Assembly: GCA_902539195.1 (NCBI GenBank)
Contig: CACBHZ010000004.1
Span: 3,562-67,561, forward strand
DNA from: an uncultured Pelagibacteraceae bacterium
GTDB taxonomy: Bacteria > Pseudomonadota > Alphaproteobacteria > Pelagibacterales > Pelagibacteraceae
DNA: 64,000 nt
Reading direction: 5' to 3'
A program made the translations under genes and the position numbers. Numbering within the stretch: the stretch's first letter is position 1; each line of letters begins with the position of its first letter. Below the pieces are notes generated by a model. That model did no database searches. It worked only from the letters and a program-made list of their open reading frames with translations, and was not told the DNA's origin. Positions 47,628 to 57,453 of this stretch are shown here, piece by piece.

Positions 47628-49070
47628 ATGTATAGCAATTTTGGTCAATTCATTGATGGTCAGTGGCAACAAGCAGAAAAAAAAGAAACTTATAAAGTTA
47701 TCAATCCAGCAACAGAAGAAGTTTTAGGTGAAGCATCAAAAGCGTCCTCTGTTGACGTTCAAAAAGCATTAAAATCAGCAGAGAAAGGACTCGAAACTTG
47801 GAAAAATACCACTCCATGGCAGAGGTCTTATGTAATAAGAAAAATTGCAGATTTGATGCGTGAAAGAAAAGATGTATTAGCTAAATGGCTTACACTTGAA
47901 GTTGGAAAACCTCTTAAAGAAGCAATTGGAGAAGTTGGTGGTGGAGCAGATATATTTGAATGGAATGCAGAAGAAACTAAGAGAATTTATGGTGAAACAT
48001 TACAAAGTAGATTTCCAGAAACAAGAGTTCATGTTTACTATCAGCCAGTAGGTGTTGTAGCAGCACTTGTGCCATGGAATTTTCCTATAGTTTTAGCATC
48101 TAGAAAAATTTCAACTGCACTGGCTGCTGGTTGTTCAGTTATTTGTAAGCCAGATGTAATTACGCCTGGAGCAGTTATGGAACTTGTAAATATTTGTAAA
48201 GATGCTGGAGTTCCTGATGGAGTAGTCAATTTATTATCTGGAGACCCAGCTGAAATATCAAATGAATTACTTGAATCAGATATAATAAAAAAAGTTTCTA
48301 TAACTGGCTCAACACGTGTTGGAAAATTAATACTTAAAAAAGCTGCAGATAAAGTTCAAAGAGTTACAATGGAATTAAGTGGTCATTCTCCATTTATAGT
48401 ATTTGACGATGTTGACATGAATAAAGTTGCAGATATGGCAATAACAGCAAAATTTCGTAATAATGGTCAAGTTTGTATATCCCCAAATAGGTTTTACATT
48501 CAAGAAACTAGAAAAGAAGAATTTGTAAATGCTTTTGTAGATAGAGCAAAAAAATTAAAAATTGGAAATGGAATGGATGAAGGCACTGACTTAGGACCTT
48601 TAACAACAGCAAAACGTTTGGAAGAAATTGAAAAATTAGTCGAAACTACAAAGAGTGAAGGCGCAAAAGTTGTTTTAGGAGGGGGTAGACCTTCAGGATT
48701 TAATAAAGGTTATTATTTTGAACCAACTGTATTTGATGAAGTGCAGGACAATTTTACAATTATGAAAGAAGAACCTTTTGGTCCCTTAGTGCCCGTTTTA
48801 ACTTTCAAGGATTTTGACGAAGTAGTAGAGAGAGCAAATAATAATGACCTGGGACTTTGTAGCTATTTATATACAAACTCAATGGACAAAGCTAATAGAG
48901 CATCAGAGATGATGGAAACCGGTTGTGTAGCAGTTAATACAGCTGCAGTTGCAGTTGCTGAAGCTCCATTCGGTGGAATAAAACAAACCGGTTATGGTCG
49001 TGAAGGTGGATCTATGGCTATAAAAGATTACCTTAATATAAAGTATACCCATATGGGTCTAAAAACCTGA
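47628..49070 (+). CDS. NAD-dependent aldehyde dehydrogenase (SSADH / alpha-ketoglutarate semialdehyde dehydrogenase-like)
   Basis: PWNFP, TGSTRVGK, MELSGH.P, GQVC, EEPFGP, PFGG.K.TG.GREGG. Confidence 0.92.
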   Translation: MYSNFGQFIDGQWQQAEKKETYKVINPATEEVLGEASKASSVDVQKALKSAEKGLETWKNTTPWQRSYVIRKIADLMRERKDVLAKWLTLEVGKPLKEAIGEVGGGADIFEWNAEETKRIYGETLQSRFPETRVHVYYQPVGVVAALVPWNFPIVLASRKISTALAAGCSVICKPDVITPGAVMELVNICKDAGVPDGVVNLLSGDPAEISNELLESDIIKKVSITGSTRVGKLILKKAADKVQRVTMELSGHSPFIVFDDVDMNKVADMAITAKFRNNGQVCISPNRFYIQETRKEEFVNAFVDRAKKLKIGNGMDEGTDLGPLTTAKRLEEIEKLVETTKSEGAKVVLGGGRPSGFNKGYYFEPTVFDEVQDNFTIMKEEPFGPLVPVLTFKDFDEVVERANNNDLGLCSYLYTNSMDKANRASEMMETGCVAVNTAAVAVAEAPFGGIKQTGYGREGGSMAIKDYLNIKYTHMGLKT

Positions 49071-49074
49071 TTAA

Positions 49075-49866
49075 ATGAGAAAAAATAAAGCCAAAGAAAT
49101 AATTAAAAATGGCAAAGCTGTAATCAATGGTTGGTTACAAATTCCAAGTACTGTTTCTGCAGAAACAATGGCTCAACAAGGATGGGACTCATTAACAATT
49201 GATATGCAACACGGGCTTGTTGATTACACGAATGCAATGCCAATGATGCAAGTGATTTCAGCGACTGAAGTCGTGCCTTTGGCAAGAGTTAATTGGAATG
49301 AACCTGGTCAAATTATGAAAATTTTAGATGCTGGATGTTATGGAATAATTTGCCCAATGGTAAGTAATCGAAAAGAAGCAGAAAGATTTGTTCAAGCATG
49401 TAAATATCCACCAGATGGATATAGAAGTTTCGGTCCAATGAGAGGTTTAATCTATGGAGGGCCTGATTATGGAGATCGTGCAAACGATGAAATATTAAAA
49501 ATGGCTATGATTGAAACTAAAGAAGCTTTAGAAAATCTTGATGAGATTATGAGTGTCCCAGGCCTTGATGGTATCTACATAGGGCCTGCTGATTTAAGTT
49601 TGGCTATAGGAGAAAAGCCTGGTTTTGACAAAGGTGAAGATACTAAAGCTTATTCAGAAATACTTAGAATATTAGAGCATGCAAAAAAAAACAATATATT
49701 TGCTGGAATTCATAACGGAAGCACTGACTATGCAAAAAAAATGATTGAAAAAGGTTTTCAATTTGTAACAGTTGGAGCAGACTCCAGATTTATAAGTGCG
49801 GGTGCGAAAAATACAGTTGAAAATTTAAAAGGCACAGTGAAATCAGAATTATCTAAAGCCTATTAA
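49075..49866 (+). CDS. HpcH/HpaI family class II (pyruvate-type) aldolase
   Basis: IDMQHG, LDAG..GIICPMV, YPP.G.RSFGP, MIET, IGPADLS. Confidence 0.92.
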   Translation: MRKNKAKEIIKNGKAVINGWLQIPSTVSAETMAQQGWDSLTIDMQHGLVDYTNAMPMMQVISATEVVPLARVNWNEPGQIMKILDAGCYGIICPMVSNRKEAERFVQACKYPPDGYRSFGPMRGLIYGGPDYGDRANDEILKMAMIETKEALENLDEIMSVPGLDGIYIGPADLSLAIGEKPGFDKGEDTKAYSEILRILEHAKKNNIFAGIHNGSTDYAKKMIEKGFQFVTVGADSRFISAGAKNTVENLKGTVKSELSKAY

Positions 49867-49890
49867 TAAATAAAGTATAAACTTTTACGT

Positions 49891-50850
49891 ATGAAAAAAA
49901 TCTTAATAATAGGATCAATACATAATCATGGTATTGATTTACTAAAAGGAAATAGAAATTTTGAATTTGAAGTTGTAGACAATACAGATACAGAATTTTT
50001 GAAAGATAAAATAAAAGACTGTGATGGAATAAGTATTAGAACATCTAAATTGTCAAAAGAAATTATAGACTCAGCTAAGAATTTAAAAGTGATATCTAGA
50101 CATGGTGTAGGCTATGACAACATAGATCTTAAAGCAACTAAGCAAAACAATATCACATTAGCAATAACAGCTACAGCAAATGCTCAAGCTGTAGCAGAAC
50201 ATGTTTTATTCATGCTATTCAGCATTGCAAAAAGAAATAATATGTACAACGAGACTGTAAAAACTGGAAAGTTCAATGATAGAACTAAGCTTCCTAAAAC
50301 AATTGAGTTATGGAGTAAAAGTATCTTGATTGCAGGTTTTGGTCGTATTGGAAAATGCTTACTTAAAAAATGTAAGGGTTTAGAAATGAACATTTTTGTT
50401 TATGATCCTTTTGTCAGCGAAGAGGAAATTAAAAAAGTTGGTGGTACTAAAATTAATGATTTAAATGAGAGTTTAAATAAAATGGATGCAATTTCAATTC
50501 ATATGCCTCTAAACGAAAATACAAAACATTTAATCAATTATGAAATGATAAAAAAAATGAAAAAAAATTGTATTTTAATTAATGCTGCAAGAGGTGGTAT
50601 TATTAATGAGGAAGATCTTAATAAGGCTTTAAATGAAGATTTAATTTTTGGTGCAGGGCTTGATGTTTTTGAAAAGGAGCCTCCATCTTTAGATAATCCA
50701 TTGCTAAAAAATGAGAAAGCATTTTTAAGTCCACATTCAGCGGTATTTACCGAAGAATGTTTGTCTAGAATGGGTATTGAAACAGTCCAAAATATTATTG
50801 ATTTTTTTGATAATAAATTGGAAAAGTCAAAAATAGTAAAAATCTCATGA
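49891..50850 (+). CDS. D-isomer-specific 2-hydroxyacid dehydrogenase (SerA-like, no ACT domain)
   Basis: SRHGVGYDNID, GFGRIG, INAARGG, DVFE.EP, SPHSA. Confidence 0.9.
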   Translation: MKKILIIGSIHNHGIDLLKGNRNFEFEVVDNTDTEFLKDKIKDCDGISIRTSKLSKEIIDSAKNLKVISRHGVGYDNIDLKATKQNNITLAITATANAQAVAEHVLFMLFSIAKRNNMYNETVKTGKFNDRTKLPKTIELWSKSILIAGFGRIGKCLLKKCKGLEMNIFVYDPFVSEEEIKKVGGTKINDLNESLNKMDAISIHMPLNENTKHLINYEMIKKMKKNCILINAARGGIINEEDLNKALNEDLIFGAGLDVFEKEPPSLDNPLLKNEKAFLSPHSAVFTEECLSRMGIETVQNIIDFFDNKLEKSKIVKIS

Positions 50851-51347
50851 GCTTAAAATTAAAAAATTTTGGATTGTTAGAGTTTCTTATCATTATATCA
50901 GCTGTTTATGTTGTAGGAATGTTAATATGGACAGCGAGTACAAGGCCTGAAGTTGAAGCTCGTGCAAATTTAGTAAAAGAAAATCATAAAAAAGTTGTCG
51001 ATTTTATTAATGGCGAAATTAATAATTGTGGAAATAATAATGAAGGGAAGATAACAGTTTGGGGTGATCCATGTAATGCTGAATGGATAGCTGAAAAGGT
51101 TGTTAATCATATAAATGATAATCTTAAAATTGAAAATCCATTTTCAGATGACAATAAAGTAAAAACAGACCCTGACCCGAGAATAAAAGCAGAGGGAAAA
51201 GCTGGTCAGTCAGTAGAAATGGGTGTTATTTTTATAATGTCGTCAAATTTTCTAGCAGAACCAGGATCAGAATGGATTGTTGGTACTTGTTTTAAATCTC
51301 CATGTGTGGCTGCTGGTAATAATGAATTAACTTCTTTATATAGATAG
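50847..51347 (+). CDS. Pilin-like membrane-anchored protein with degenerate prepilin motif
   Basis: Basic leader KLKN then FGLLEFLIIISAVYVVGMLIW (F1, E5, hydrophobic helix); four Cys including C-terminal TCFKSPC. Confidence 0.55.
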   Translation: MSLKLKNFGLLEFLIIISAVYVVGMLIWTASTRPEVEARANLVKENHKKVVDFINGEINNCGNNNEGKITVWGDPCNAEWIAEKVVNHINDNLKIENPFSDDNKVKTDPDPRIKAEGKAGQSVEMGVIFIMSSNFLAEPGSEWIVGTCFKSPCVAAGNNELTSLYR

Positions 51348-52250
51348 CTAATTATTTTCAATTTCTAAATTAGCGCTTTTTAAAGTCTCAATTAGATATT
51401 TGTATCCGATTTTAGCATATTCAAAAGGATTTGCTTTTGCGGGATCTTGCTCCGCTTCTACAACTAACCATCCAGAATAATTTTGTTCTTTTAGCAAGTC
51501 AAAAAAAGGTTTGTAATCAATACAACCATCTCCTGGAACAGTGAAGGCTCCTTCTAAAAAAGCCTGTCTAAAACTATAATCGTGATTTAACGAATTATCT
51601 AAAACATCTTTTCTCATATCTTTGCAATGTATGTGAATTATTCTTTCTTTAAATTCTTTATAAATTTTCAAACTATCCCCTTTTGCAAATAACATGTGTC
51701 CAGTATCTAAAGTTAGTTTGACACTACCATCTGTGTTTTCTAATAATCTTCTTGTATCCTCTTCACTTTCAATGCAAGTTCCCATGTGATGATGGTAAGC
51801 AAGAGGCATGTCTTGATCCTCTAGATATTTTCCCATTTCTGAAATTTTTTTGTAATATTTTTTAGATTCATCTAAATCCATTCTAGGTCTTTTAGATAAA
51901 TTTATATTTGGATCGCCTTGAATGGAACCATAAACTTCGGCAAAAACCATGCAGGGAGCTTTACAATCTTGAAATAGTTTCAATTGGTTTTGAATTTTTG
52001 ATTTTTCCTCTTCAAAAGTATTTTTTCTTAAATTTGCTCCATACCAACCTGAGCATAATTTTAAATTATATTTATTTAATATAGGAATTAATTCTTTTGA
52101 TGTTTTTGGAAATTTCCCCCCAGACTCTATTCCTTTAAATCCTGCTTCACTAGCTTCGGAAAGACATTGTTCAAGCGGAGTATCACCACCAAGCTCAGGC
52201 ATGTCATCATTGCTCCAAGCTATTGGGGCTATACCTAATTTTACTGACAT
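51348..52250 (-). CDS. iolE: Myo-inosose-2 dehydratase
   Basis: PIAWSNDDMPELGG, YHHHMGT, DTGH, HCKD, FTVPGDG, VEAEQDP. Confidence 0.95.
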   Translation of the reverse strand: MSVKLGIAPIAWSNDDMPELGGDTPLEQCLSEASEAGFKGIESGGKFPKTSKELIPILNKYNLKLCSGWYGANLRKNTFEEEKSKIQNQLKLFQDCKAPCMVFAEVYGSIQGDPNINLSKRPRMDLDESKKYYKKISEMGKYLEDQDMPLAYHHHMGTCIESEEDTRRLLENTDGSVKLTLDTGHMLFAKGDSLKIYKEFKERIIHIHCKDMRKDVLDNSLNHDYSFRQAFLEGAFTVPGDGCIDYKPFFDLLKEQNYSGWLVVEAEQDPAKANPFEYAKIGYKYLIETLKSANLEIENN

Positions 52251-52276
52251 AAATAATAGTTTTGTTATGATATTAG

Positions 52277-53422
52277 ATGCTTCAAAAAATTAAACCTAAA
52301 AAATTTAAACTTGGAATTGTTGGAGGCGGACCTGGATCTTGGATTGGGCATGTTCATAGAATTTCATCTAGATATGATGACAAATATGAAATCGTTGCAG
52401 GGGTATTTTCTAGAAGTGTTGATAAATCTAGGAAATTTGGACAAAGTATAGGTTTAGATAAATCTAGATGTTATTCAAATTACAAGGAGATGTCTGAAAA
52501 AGAAGCGAAAAGAAAAGATGGTATTACTGTTGTAGCAATAATGACTCCACCATCAAGTCATCAAATTATTGCGGAGAATTTTATAAAAAAAAACATACAT
52601 GTAATTTCAGACAAACCATTTGCTGGAAATCTTGAGCAGGGAAAAAAACTATATAAAGCGATAAAAAATAACAAAAAAATTAAATATGCACTGACTCACA
52701 ACTATTCATCTTATCCAATGGTTAGAGAGGCAAAAAATTTAGTTGAAAAAGGAAAAATTGGAAAAGTTGAATATATCAATGTCGAATATATTCAGGATTG
52801 GACAGATGGAAATAAAATTTCAAAAACAAATTCAAAAAAGGTTTTTAAATGGAAAGTTGAAAAAAAAATTGTTGGTGTATCAGCAGTTCTCAATGAAATA
52901 GGATCACACGCATATCATCTAGCAATTTATATTACAGGCCTTAAAGGAGAAAAACTGATAGCCGATGTAAGTAAATATTCGAAGGACGTTAAAATGGATA
53001 ATAACGCACAAGTTTTTGTTAATTTTAAAAATGGTGCTAAAGGAATTGTATGGACATGTGTAACAGCTAAAGGTGGTGTTTATGGTTTAAGAATTAGAGT
53101 ATATGGTTCTAAAGGAAGTTTAGAATGGGTTCAAAATGATCCAAATTATTTAAAATTTAATCCAAGCAAAGGAGCAGTAAAGTTTTTAGAAAGAGGATAT
53201 ACAAAAGCAAATTTTTCAAAAAAATTTTCCAGAGTAAAATTTGGTCACCCTGAAGGATATTTAGATGCTTTTGCAAATATATATAAGGAATTTGCTGAAT
53301 ATTTAAAAACAAATACAAAAAAAAGATTTTATTTTCCTAACGAAGAAGAGGGTTTGGAGACTGCTAAATTCATTGATGCATGCAAGAAATCATCATTAAA
53401 AAAAAAATGGGTAAAAATTTAA
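52277..53422 (+). CDS. Gfo/Idh/MocA family oxidoreductase (inositol-region type)
   Basis: VGGGPGSWIG.VHR, ISDKP, HNYS.YPMVREA, IGSHA, GHPEGYL.AFANIY. Confidence 0.9.
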   Translation: MLQKIKPKKFKLGIVGGGPGSWIGHVHRISSRYDDKYEIVAGVFSRSVDKSRKFGQSIGLDKSRCYSNYKEMSEKEAKRKDGITVVAIMTPPSSHQIIAENFIKKNIHVISDKPFAGNLEQGKKLYKAIKNNKKIKYALTHNYSSYPMVREAKNLVEKGKIGKVEYINVEYIQDWTDGNKISKTNSKKVFKWKVEKKIVGVSAVLNEIGSHAYHLAIYITGLKGEKLIADVSKYSKDVKMDNNAQVFVNFKNGAKGIVWTCVTAKGGVYGLRIRVYGSKGSLEWVQNDPNYLKFNPSKGAVKFLERGYTKANFSKKFSRVKFGHPEGYLDAFANIYKEFAEYLKTNTKKRFYFPNEEEGLETAKFIDACKKSSLKKKWVKI

Positions 53423-54420
53423 TTAACATTGCATTATTCGGTTTGGGAAGAATAGGGCTAATGCATGCAAATAATTTAATAAATAATAAAAATTTTAATC
53501 TTAAATATATTTTTGATGTTAATAGAAAACTTGCAAAAAAAGTTTCAAAAAATCTAAATTGTCAAAATATTGAAAGTCCTCATATAGCATATAAAGATAA
53601 AAAAATTGATTGTATTTTTATATCTTCTACTACATCAACTCATCTTAAATTTATATATGAAAGCATAAAAAATAATAAAACAGTATTTTGTGAAAAACCT
53701 TTAGATTTAAATTTAAGAAAAATTCAAAATTACGAAAAAAAAATAAATAAATTTAATCATAAAATTCAAATTGGATTTAATAGAAGATACGATCCAGGTC
53801 ATAGTTCTCTAAAAAATAATTTAATAAAAGGCAAGATAGGAAAGCTAGAGAAAATTATTATTACTAGCAGAGATCCAGCTGCTCCATCTATAAATTATTT
53901 AAAAGCCTCAGGTGGTATTTTTAAAGATATGATGATCCATGATTTCGATCTAGCAAGATATTATGCGGGTAAAGATGAATTTGTTTCTATATTTGCCACA
54001 GGGAGCAATATTTCCAATAAATACTTCAATAAACTTAAAGATTTCGAGCTTGCTACGGCAATTTTGAAAACAAAAAATGGTGTTCAATGTATTATTAGTA
54101 ATTCTAGACATTGTAGTTTTGGATATGATCAAAGAGTAGAGCTTTTTGGAAGCAAAGGAATGATTATTTCTGATAATATCAAAGAAAATGAGATTAGTTT
54201 GTACTCTAATAAAAGTACGAATGCACGATCAAGCTTTAAACATTTTTTTATAGAAAGATACGATCAGGCATATAAAGAACAGTTAAATGATCTTGCTAAA
54301 TTATTCAGATCAAATTTAAGACCTAAAAGTGGTTTTATTGATGGAAAGATTTCAATACAAATTGCAGAGAGTGCTATCCGGTCATTAAAATCAAAAAAAT
54401 TTGAAAAAATAAAATATTAA
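53407..54420 (+). CDS. iolG: Myo-inositol 2-dehydrogenase
   Basis: GLGRIG, FCEKP, GFNRRYDP, ITSRDP, SGGIFKDMMIHDFD, GYDQRVE; start ATG 53407. Confidence 0.9.
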   Translation: MGKNLINIALFGLGRIGLMHANNLINNKNFNLKYIFDVNRKLAKKVSKNLNCQNIESPHIAYKDKKIDCIFISSTTSTHLKFIYESIKNNKTVFCEKPLDLNLRKIQNYEKKINKFNHKIQIGFNRRYDPGHSSLKNNLIKGKIGKLEKIIITSRDPAAPSINYLKASGGIFKDMMIHDFDLARYYAGKDEFVSIFATGSNISNKYFNKLKDFELATAILKTKNGVQCIISNSRHCSFGYDQRVELFGSKGMIISDNIKENEISLYSNKSTNARSSFKHFFIERYDQAYKEQLNDLAKLFRSNLRPKSGFIDGKISIQIAESAIRSLKSKKFEKIKY

Positions 54421-54525
54421 AAATCAACTTTAGGTTGAATACAACCTGCTTCTTTACAATCTGAATAAATTTATGTTAGCTTTAATGTTTAAAAGTTAAC
54501 TTTTATTTAAGAGAGGAAATTAAAA

Positions 54526-55449
54526 ATGAAAACAATAAAGAACTTTATATTAGCTGTTGCTGCATGGGCAATGATGTCTGTATCAGCATTAGCAACTGAT
54601 ATAATTGTTGTTTCACATGGACAAGCTAATGACCCTTTTTGGTCGGTAGCTAAAAATGGAGTTGATGCTGCTTGTAAAGATATGGGAGTATCTTGCAAAT
54701 ACACTGCGCCTGGAACTTTTGACATGGTTGAAATGGCAAAACTAATTGATAACGCTGTATCACAAAAACCAAAAGGTATTGTAATTACTTTACCTGATGC
54801 AGCTGCATTAGGAAAATCTGTCAAAGCAGCAATAGCTGCAGGTATACCAGTAGTTTCAATGAACTCTGGTTCGGATGACTATGCATCATTAGGAATTAGT
54901 GCACACGTAGGTCAAACTGAATTTGAAGCTGGCGTTGGTGGCGGACAAAAAATGAAAGCTGCTGGAGGAAAAAAAGCTTTATGCGTTAACCACGAAGTTG
55001 GAAACGTAGCGCTTGATAGAAGATGTGCAGGTTTCAAAAAAGGTTTTGGTGGATCTGTTGATATTCTTGGAACATCAAATGACCCAACTGAAATTCAAAA
55101 AGCTGTTGCTGCAAAATTAGGTGGTGGATACGACACTATTCTAACTTTAGGAGCTGGTTTATCTGGTGAAGCAGCACTAAAAGCTTTAGAAGCTGCTGGT
55201 AAAGTTGGAAATGTTAAATTAGGAACATTTGATATGTCACCTAATATGTTAAAAGCTGCTGCTGCAGGTAAAGTAGAGTTTTTAATTGACCAGCAACAAT
55301 ATCTACAAGGTTATTTGCCAATAGCTATTTTTGCACAATACATGAGATGGGGAACAATGCCTGCTGGTGTAGTTATGACTGGACCTGGATTTGTTACTCC
55401 TGATAATGCTGCTAAAGTAATTAAATGGGCAGCACAAGGTTATAGATAA
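54526..55449 (+). CDS. Sugar (probably inositol) ABC solute-binding protein
   Basis: Signal peptide, HGQANDPFWSV.KNG, IDQQQYLQGY; lies directly after iolG; GAGG RBS. Confidence 0.9.
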   Translation: MKTIKNFILAVAAWAMMSVSALATDIIVVSHGQANDPFWSVAKNGVDAACKDMGVSCKYTAPGTFDMVEMAKLIDNAVSQKPKGIVITLPDAAALGKSVKAAIAAGIPVVSMNSGSDDYASLGISAHVGQTEFEAGVGGGQKMKAAGGKKALCVNHEVGNVALDRRCAGFKKGFGGSVDILGTSNDPTEIQKAVAAKLGGGYDTILTLGAGLSGEAALKALEAAGKVGNVKLGTFDMSPNMLKAAAAGKVEFLIDQQQYLQGYLPIAIFAQYMRWGTMPAGVVMTGPGFVTPDNAAKVIKWAAQGYR

Positions 55450-55460
55450 AATCTATATTT

Positions 55461-55495
55461 AAGGCCTGACTAAATTTTATAGTCAGGCCTTTTTT
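55461..55495 (+). terminator. Stem-loop with T tract after the SBP gene
   Basis: AAGGCCTGACTA-N7-TAGTCAGGCCTT followed by TTTT. Confidence 0.8.
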
Positions 55496-55505
55496 CAAAA
55501 TTTAA

Positions 55506-56633
55506 ATGTCATTAAAATCAAAAAGTATTTCATCAAAAAGTAGTCTTAATGTAGACGAGCGTCTAAAAAAAATATCACCGCTAAGAGTTTTATTGAATAG
55601 GCCTGAGTTAGGTGCATTAGGTGGCTCAATACTTGTATTTATATTTTTTGGAATTGTAGCTGGCGATACTGGTATGTTTAGTGCCTATGGAATGCTTAAT
55701 TTCCTCGATGTTTCAGCTAATTTAGGAATTATAGCAATAGCAGCAGCGATGTTAATGATTGGCGGTGAATTTGATTTGTCAATTGGATCCATGATTGGAT
55801 TTGCTGGAATTTGTATAGCAATTCCTGCAATTTATTGGGGTTGGCCTTTATGGATGAGTATAGTTTTTGCTTTCGCTATGGCAGTATTGGTTGGATACTT
55901 TAATGGCATAATGGTTGTCAAAACTGGTTTGCCATCTTTTATTGTAACACTTGCAATGCTTTTTATTTTAAGAGGTTTGACATTAGCAATAACAAGATTG
56001 ATTACTGGTAGAACTCAAGTTCCAGGACTAAGAGTATTAATTGAAGATGATCCATTAGCTTGGTTATTTGCTACAGATACTTTTAAATGGCTTTTTACTT
56101 GGTTGGGATCATTAAAATTAATTGAACTAAGAACTGATGGAACTCCTCTTGCAACTGGAATACCTCCATCAGTTATTTGGTTTATTGCATTAACATTGTT
56201 TGCAACATGGATATTGATGAAAACAAGATACGGTAATTGGATCTTCGCATCCGGAGGCGATAAGGTTGGAGCAACAAATGTGGGTGTGCCTGTTGGAAGG
56301 GTAAAAATAAGTCTCTTTATTGGTACAGCAGTCGCTTCTACTATTTTTGCTTGTATTCAAGTATTGGATGCGGGTTCTGCAGATACTATGAGAGGTACTT
56401 TAAAAGAATTAGAAGCTATTGCAGCTGCTGTTGTTGGTGGTTGTCTCTTAACTGGTGGATATGGATCTGCAATAGGTGCAGCTTTTGGTGCGATTATATT
56501 TGGGACTGTATCTATGGGAATATTTTACACAGATGTTGACACTGATTGGTTTAAAGTTTTCTTAGGAGCAATGATGTTGATAGCTGTAGTGTTTAATAAC
56601 TATATCAGAAAGAAAGTAACTGAGAGTAAATAA
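55506..56633 (+). CDS. Sugar (inositol) ABC permease
   Basis: [45 protein letters not shown]. Confidence 0.92.
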   Translation: MSLKSKSISSKSSLNVDERLKKISPLRVLLNRPELGALGGSILVFIFFGIVAGDTGMFSAYGMLNFLDVSANLGIIAIAAAMLMIGGEFDLSIGSMIGFAGICIAIPAIYWGWPLWMSIVFAFAMAVLVGYFNGIMVVKTGLPSFIVTLAMLFILRGLTLAITRLITGRTQVPGLRVLIEDDPLAWLFATDTFKWLFTWLGSLKLIELRTDGTPLATGIPPSVIWFIALTLFATWILMKTRYGNWIFASGGDKVGATNVGVPVGRVKISLFIGTAVASTIFACIQVLDAGSADTMRGTLKELEAIAAAVVGGCLLTGGYGSAIGAAFGAIIFGTVSMGIFYTDVDTDWFKVFLGAMMLIAVVFNNYIRKKVTESK

Positions 56634-57430
56634 TGTCTGACTATCTCGTTCAATTTAATAATATTAGTAAGTTTTTTGGGAAGGTAATAGCGCTTAAAGA
56701 TGTCACTATGAGATTAAAAAAAGGTGAGATCATGTGCTTACTTGGAGATAATGGAGCAGGAAAATCGACTTTAATTAAAACTTTAGCAGGTGTTCATAAG
56801 CCTGATGAAGGAGAAATTATATTTGAAGATAACAAAATTGTTTTTGACTCACCTAAAGATGCTTTAGATATTGGTATAGGAACAGTTTATCAAGATCTAG
56901 CATTAGTTCCTTTAATGAGTGTTACTAGAAATTTTTTTATGGGAAGAGAGCCTCAAAAAGGTATTCCTTTCCTTAAAACTTTTGATGTGGAGAAAGCAAA
57001 TAAGATAGCGGCAGATAGAATGGGACAGATAGGTATCGATGTTAGAGATCCATCTCAGGCAGTTGGAACTATGTCTGGCGGTGAAAGACAATGCCTAGCA
57101 ATATCACGAGCTATATATTTTGGAGCAAAAGTTTTAGTTTTAGATGAACCAACTTCTGCTTTAGGAGTTCATCAAGCATCAATGGTATTAAAATATATTG
57201 TAAAGGCTGCGTCTGAGGGATTGGCTGTAATTTTAATTACTCATAATGTACATCATGCTTACCCTGTTGGTAATAGTTTCACTGTACTTAACCGAGGAAA
57301 AAGCATGGGAACATTCCAAAAAAAAGAGATTTCTAGAGAAAAGCTTCTTAGTATGATGGCTGGTGGTGAAGAATTAGACAAACTTGAAGTCGAACTTCAA
57401 GAAATGGATAGAATTCACAACAAAAATTAG
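56633..57430 (+). CDS. Sugar (inositol) ABC ATPase
   Basis: [25 protein letters not shown]. Confidence 0.95.
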   Translation: MSDYLVQFNNISKFFGKVIALKDVTMRLKKGEIMCLLGDNGAGKSTLIKTLAGVHKPDEGEIIFEDNKIVFDSPKDALDIGIGTVYQDLALVPLMSVTRNFFMGREPQKGIPFLKTFDVEKANKIAADRMGQIGIDVRDPSQAVGTMSGGERQCLAISRAIYFGAKVLVLDEPTSALGVHQASMVLKYIVKAASEGLAVILITHNVHHAYPVGNSFTVLNRGKSMGTFQKKEISREKLLSMMAGGEELDKLEVELQEMDRIHNKN

Positions 57431-57453
57431 ATATTACGCCATATATTTTTAAT

